From: Candidatus Latescibacterota bacterium
Lineage (GTDB): Bacteria; Latescibacterota; UBA2968
Direction of reading: 5' to 3'
Length of the DNA: 43,847 bases
NCBI GenBank assembly: GCA_038279365.1
Contig: JAYODI010000018.1
Span: 24,680 to 68,526, forward strand
Each line of letters begins with the position of its first letter. The stretch's first letter is position 1. This document shows positions 39,726-43,847 of the stretch, one piece after another. Under the pieces are notes generated by a model. It worked only from the letters and a program-made list of their open reading frames with translations, searched no databases and was not told where the DNA came from. Position numbers and translations under genes: made by a program.

Positions 39726-40721
39726 CTATATCACTTCCCAAGCTCCTGAATCAGCAGACTTATAAACTGCTTCTTCCAACGCAATCATATCCACGCCTGC
39801 CTCACCAGGAATGGGTGCCGATTCACCTGCATACACGGCACGCACAAAATCTTTCACAGCCAACACACAATTCTCTTTCAAACCAATGCTGTCACGAATT
39901 TGCGAAGGCGCATAAACCACCGATTCACGGCTATTTCCCAATAACGTCACTTTTCCCGACAAATCATCCAACATCAGTCGCCCCTCGCTGCCTTCAATCA
40001 GCAACGTCGCCCCCGGGTTTAATGCACTGCTATAATCCGTTGCACCTGCCATTAACATCGCACCACTTTCATATTGAATCATATACGTCTTCATCGTAAG
40101 CGCACAATACATAAAGTTAGGAAACACCAAATCTGGTGACGATGGATGGGGTTTATCAGTCAATGGATTCTTATCAATCACCGACACCGCACGCACAGGT
40201 GTGCCAAATAAACTGTTTACATAATCGGTCATGTGATGAATGCAAAATCCAAATGCGCGCAAATGGGCAAACAACGGCTGACCAATTTTACCCGATCGAA
40301 TCGCTTCAGCCACATACACACAAGATGGGCTATAACGATAATTGTAACCCACATTGAGCAAACGTCCTGTATCGCGTGCAACATCCACCATCTTTTGCGC
40401 ACTATCACGCGTATGCGACAACACTTTTTCACAATAGACATGTGCACCACTTTGCAAGGCCGAAACAGTCAACGCTTCATGGGCGCGTTCGGGCGTGGCA
40501 ACAGACGCCACATCGGGTTTCACCTCATCCAACATCCGACCAAAATCGGTATAAAGTGGCACATGAAACAAATTGGCCACACGCTTTGCCCCATCATTAT
40601 CCGTACGACTCCACACCCCTCCCAATTCACACACATCAGACTCGGCAAATGCACGTAAATGATTGGCTCCCCATTTCCAACCCGCCACAACAACCTTCAA
40701 TTTTTGTCCATTTGTTGCCAT
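39726..40721 (-). CDS. Gfo/Idh/MocA family oxidoreductase
   Basis: VVAG..WG..H, DVASVATP...H, HVYCEK, VGYNYRY, IHHMTD. Confidence 0.88.
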   Translation of the reverse strand: MATNGQKLKVVVAGWKWGANHLRAFAESDVCELGGVWSRTDNDGAKRVANLFHVPLYTDFGRMLDEVKPDVASVATPERAHEALTVSALQSGAHVYCEKVLSHTRDSAQKMVDVARDTGRLLNVGYNYRYSPSCVYVAEAIRSGKIGQPLFAHLRAFGFCIHHMTDYVNSLFGTPVRAVSVIDKNPLTDKPHPSSPDLVFPNFMYCALTMKTYMIQYESGAMLMAGATDYSSALNPGATLLIEGSEGRLMLDDLSGKVTLLGNSRESVVYAPSQIRDSIGLKENCVLAVKDFVRAVYAGESAPIPGEAGVDMIALEEAVYKSADSGAWEVI

Positions 40722-40858
40722 CACAGCTCCTTTCACGCATAATCACCTCACAATCACACATCCCAACACATATATTTAACAGTTGTGATCTTAACATAAT
40801 TCAATTAGAATACAGACGCAATTTCAGACTTTAAACAAAAAGACAAAGGAGTCTTCAA

Positions 40859-42475
40859 ATGCCAACAAAAGAAGTCATTCTCATTGCCAGTGGGGACTTA
40901 CGCCTCTCTGCCAATCGGGTGTGCTGGCCTGCCCAAAAAGAAATGGAAAAGAAAATAACTGCCGCACTAAAACAAGAAGGTTGGAAAGTAAGACGGGGAC
41001 ACCCGTACAAAAAAGACAAAAAACATGGGTTTATTGGCTCACAAAAAGAAGGAATGGAAGTCTTCAAAAATATTCCTCAAGATGCTCCCCTCATCGTGGC
41101 CGAAGCAGTATGGCAATACAGTCACCACGTGCTTGCAGGTTTAATGAGCCACAAAGGCCCCATTCTCACATTGGCCAACTGGTCTGGGCAATGGCCAGGT
41201 TTGGTCGGTATGCTTAATCTCAACGGCTCACTCACCAAAGCGGGTGTGACATACAGTACATTGTGGAGCCTCAACTTTACCGACAGCTTCTTCAAACGCG
41301 GTTTACGCGAATGGCTCGACACTGGCCAGGTCACACACGACACCAGTCACGTGCGCGATGCCAGTACCTTCCGCCTACCCGAAAAGGAAGTTGAACTCGG
41401 TCAAAAATTGGCCGTAGACCTTCAACACAACAAAGCCATTATGGGCGTATTTGACGAAGGCTGTATGGGCATGTTTAATGCCATCATACCCGATCACTTG
41501 CTCAACACCACGGGCGTGTTTAAAGAGCGCCTTTCTCAATCGGCCCTTTGGGCAGGCATGCAACAAGTTACCGACAAAGAAGCATTGGCCGTTCGCACGT
41601 GGCTTGAGCGCAAGGGCATGACCTTTGTCACGGGCACAAAACCTGCAACAGAATTGACCGATGAGCAAATTCTTTCCCAGTGCAAAATGTATATTTCTGC
41701 CGTACGCATTGCACACGACTTTGGATGCGACACCATTGGCATTCAATATCAACAAGGCCTCAAAGACATTTGCCCAGCCTCAGACTTGGTAGAAGGCTTA
41801 CTTAACAATGTAGATCGCCCCCCAGTTAAACACGCCCAAACAGGCGAAATACTCTTCAAAGGCCAAGCCCTGCCCCACTTTAATGAAGTGGATGAATGTG
41901 CCGGACTTGATGGCCTTGTCACCAATCGCATTTGGAACACATTAAAACAACCGCCAGAAAACACCCTACACGACTTGCGTTGGGGAGAATATTACAAGGG
42001 CAAAGGGATTGATGATTATGTGTGGGTCTTTCTTATCTCAGGAGCTGCACCACCCGCACATTTTATAGGTGGCTACAAAGGCACCTCCTCAGAGCGTCAA
42101 CCCCCCATGTATTTTCCACTCGGTGGTGGGTCGTGCAAAGGCGTGAGCAAACCCGGCGAAATCGTATGGAGCCGCATTTATGTACAAAACAATGCCCTTC
42201 ACATGGACATTGGTCGTGGAGGTGTGGTTGCGCTCCCTGCCAAAGAAACCGAAAAACGCTGGCAAGCAACAACACCACAATGGCCCATTATGCACGCCAT
42301 TACCTACGGCGTTTCACGCGATCAGATGATGGCCCGCCACAAAGCCAACCACATCCAAGTGGCTTACGCCAAATCGGCCAAAGCGGCAAATCAAGCACTT
42401 GCCGTCAAAGTTGCCATGATGCAAGCCTTGGGTATTCAAGTCAATATTTGTGGCACAAACAATGGACTCGTTTAA
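40859..42475 (+). CDS. L-fucose isomerase-like protein
   Basis: [53 protein letters not shown] motifs. Confidence 0.82.
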   Translation: MPTKEVILIASGDLRLSANRVCWPAQKEMEKKITAALKQEGWKVRRGHPYKKDKKHGFIGSQKEGMEVFKNIPQDAPLIVAEAVWQYSHHVLAGLMSHKGPILTLANWSGQWPGLVGMLNLNGSLTKAGVTYSTLWSLNFTDSFFKRGLREWLDTGQVTHDTSHVRDASTFRLPEKEVELGQKLAVDLQHNKAIMGVFDEGCMGMFNAIIPDHLLNTTGVFKERLSQSALWAGMQQVTDKEALAVRTWLERKGMTFVTGTKPATELTDEQILSQCKMYISAVRIAHDFGCDTIGIQYQQGLKDICPASDLVEGLLNNVDRPPVKHAQTGEILFKGQALPHFNEVDECAGLDGLVTNRIWNTLKQPPENTLHDLRWGEYYKGKGIDDYVWVFLISGAAPPAHFIGGYKGTSSERQPPMYFPLGGGSCKGVSKPGEIVWSRIYVQNNALHMDIGRGGVVALPAKETEKRWQATTPQWPIMHAITYGVSRDQMMARHKANHIQVAYAKSAKAANQALAVKVAMMQALGIQVNICGTNNGLV

Positions 42476-42542
42476 CCTTGTATAAGGTATATGCGTGATT
42501 TGATACCTGATCTTAAAGCATCATAAAGCATTTTAGCGTGTA

Positions 42543-42606
42543 CACCGATAGAGACAGATCAGACATTTTTTGTCGTGTCTGTCTCTATCTGCATTTATCT
42601 GTGGTT
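42543..42606. repeat. Imperfect hairpin (ACAGAT / ATCTGT REP-like element)
   Basis: GATAGAGACAGA...TCTGTCTCTATC 12-bp IR, plus ATCTGCATTTATCTGTGG. Confidence 0.6.
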
Positions 42607-42621
42607 TTAAAAAGGGTTTTT

Positions 42622-43593
42622 ATGCAAAACATTAAAATCGGTGCCGCACAATTTGAAGCCAAGGACGGCGACAAAACATACAACCTCAACCGCATTGAAG
42701 CACTCACAAAACAAGCCGTGGCACAAGGAGCCGAAGTGGTTTCTTTTCATGAGTGTTGTATATCGGGTTATACTTTTTTGCAAACATTGTCACAAAAAAA
42801 GATCATCGACATTGCCGAACCCATTCCAAATGGCCCGTCTACAAATCGTCTCATTAAAATTGCCCAAACCTACAACGTGCCCATTCTGGCCGGATTGGTT
42901 GAATCAGATGGCGATAAGTGTTATAACACTTACGTCTGTGTGTCACCCGATGGTTTTGTGGCCAAACACCGCAAACTGCACGCTTTTATCAGCAAATATA
43001 TCTCTTCAGGTGATACATTCACCACCTTTGATTTATGCGGTTGCAAATGCGGCATCCTCATCTGCTATGACAACAACATTCCCGAAAATGTGCGCATCAC
43101 AGCGTTAATGGGCGCAGAAATCATCTTTATGCCTCATGTCACCTGTGGTCTGCCATCAGTTATGCCAGGTCGAGGGATAATAGACCGCAAGCTTTGGGAA
43201 AACAGACACGCAGACCCCGTTCCTTTACGACAAGAATTTTTGGGTCCCAAAGGACGGGCATGGCTGATGCGTTGGCTACCCACCCGAGCCTACGAAAACG
43301 GTGTGTATGCCATTTATACCAACCCCATTGGCATCGATCACGACACCGTCAAAAATGGCAATGCCATGATCATAGATCCATTTGGTGAAATCATCACCGA
43401 ATCCAATGCCCTTGAAGACGATGTTGTCATTGGTCTTTGTACACCCGAAAAAATATCCGTCTCATCGGGCTATCGCTATTTACGCGCCCGTCGCCCAGAG
43501 CTTTATGAAAAACTAACAGAACCCTTATCTGACAATATGAAACAAGGCACCAACCCAGGCTGGCAATTGGCCAAACCTGAAGATCAAGTTTAA
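42622..43593 (+). CDS. Carbon-nitrogen hydrolase (nitrilase family)
   Basis: E-K-C triad (FHEC, HRKLH, ICYD), RAYEN, RRPELY. Confidence 0.92.
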   Translation: MQNIKIGAAQFEAKDGDKTYNLNRIEALTKQAVAQGAEVVSFHECCISGYTFLQTLSQKKIIDIAEPIPNGPSTNRLIKIAQTYNVPILAGLVESDGDKCYNTYVCVSPDGFVAKHRKLHAFISKYISSGDTFTTFDLCGCKCGILICYDNNIPENVRITALMGAEIIFMPHVTCGLPSVMPGRGIIDRKLWENRHADPVPLRQEFLGPKGRAWLMRWLPTRAYENGVYAIYTNPIGIDHDTVKNGNAMIIDPFGEIITESNALEDDVVIGLCTPEKISVSSGYRYLRARRPELYEKLTEPLSDNMKQGTNPGWQLAKPEDQV

Positions 43594-43649
43594 GGGTTTC
43601 TCCAGACATAGCTTTTTCAGCTTTTACTACTACATTAAGCTTTAGAAAT

Positions 43650-43712
43650 GAAAAAATTAACGAATAGGTTTGATTCGATAATTCGCCTATTCATTTATTC
43701 GCCAATTCATCT
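43650..43712. repeat. Degenerate copy of the 8-mer ATTCG element
   Basis: AACGAATAGGTTTG...ATTCGCCTATTCATTTATTCGCCAATTCA. Confidence 0.5.
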
Positions 43713-43726
43713 GAATGGCTTTAAAC

Positions 43727-43763
43727 AAAAAAAGGGCTGCGATTATATCGCAGCCCCTTTTTT
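43727..43763. terminator. Bidirectional terminator
   Basis: AAAAAAAGGGCTGCGAT-TAT-ATCGCAGCCCCTTTTTT. Confidence 0.88.
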
Positions 43764-43782
43764 AATTCTTTGAATCTGAAAC

Positions 43783-43847
43783 TTAGAAAGTCAAGCCAAG
43801 CGAGAGACGAATGGGATACTCATCGAGGGCTTCAGCCTTCGAATAAG
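43783..43847 (-). CDS. C-terminal end of a probable outer-membrane beta-barrel protein (partial)
   Basis: Translates YSKAEALDEYPIRLSLGLTF*, with alternating hydrophobic residues and a terminal Phe (beta-signal). Confidence 0.55.
   Translation of the reverse strand, partial: YSKAEALDEYPIRLSLGLTF

Overview
Gene-dense bacterial chromosomal window with about 38 CDS and no rRNA, tRNA, CRISPR array or transposase seen. A protein with a T9SS/FlgD-like C-terminal sorting domain, a sulfatase, two PhyH dioxygenases and paired amidohydrolases suggest an FCB-group organism such as Ca. Latescibacterota (inference only). Content is mostly catabolic or housekeeping: GH32, GH31, HAD, GDPD, lipase, SthA, DegT, sulfatase, MFS, creatininase, KefG/KefB, MoxR plus partner, ABC-2 exporter, fucose-isomerase-like protein, nitrilase. 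Highlights the ORF track misses: (1) a probable selenoprotein at 34680-35636, a UxxC peroxiredoxin-like domain fused to a DsbD-N-like domain, with an in-frame UGA and a SECIS-like hairpin, translationally coupled to an ABC exporter operon; (2) a KefB/KefC gene split by one in-frame TAG; (3) several families of intergenic 7/8-nt tandem repeats arranged as inverted arms, plus a dispersed element whose two copies share an identical 20-mer; (4) four CRP-like palindromes upstream of a secreted multi-Ig protein; (5) a PAS-gene remnant. All calls come from motif recognition by eye; no searches were run.
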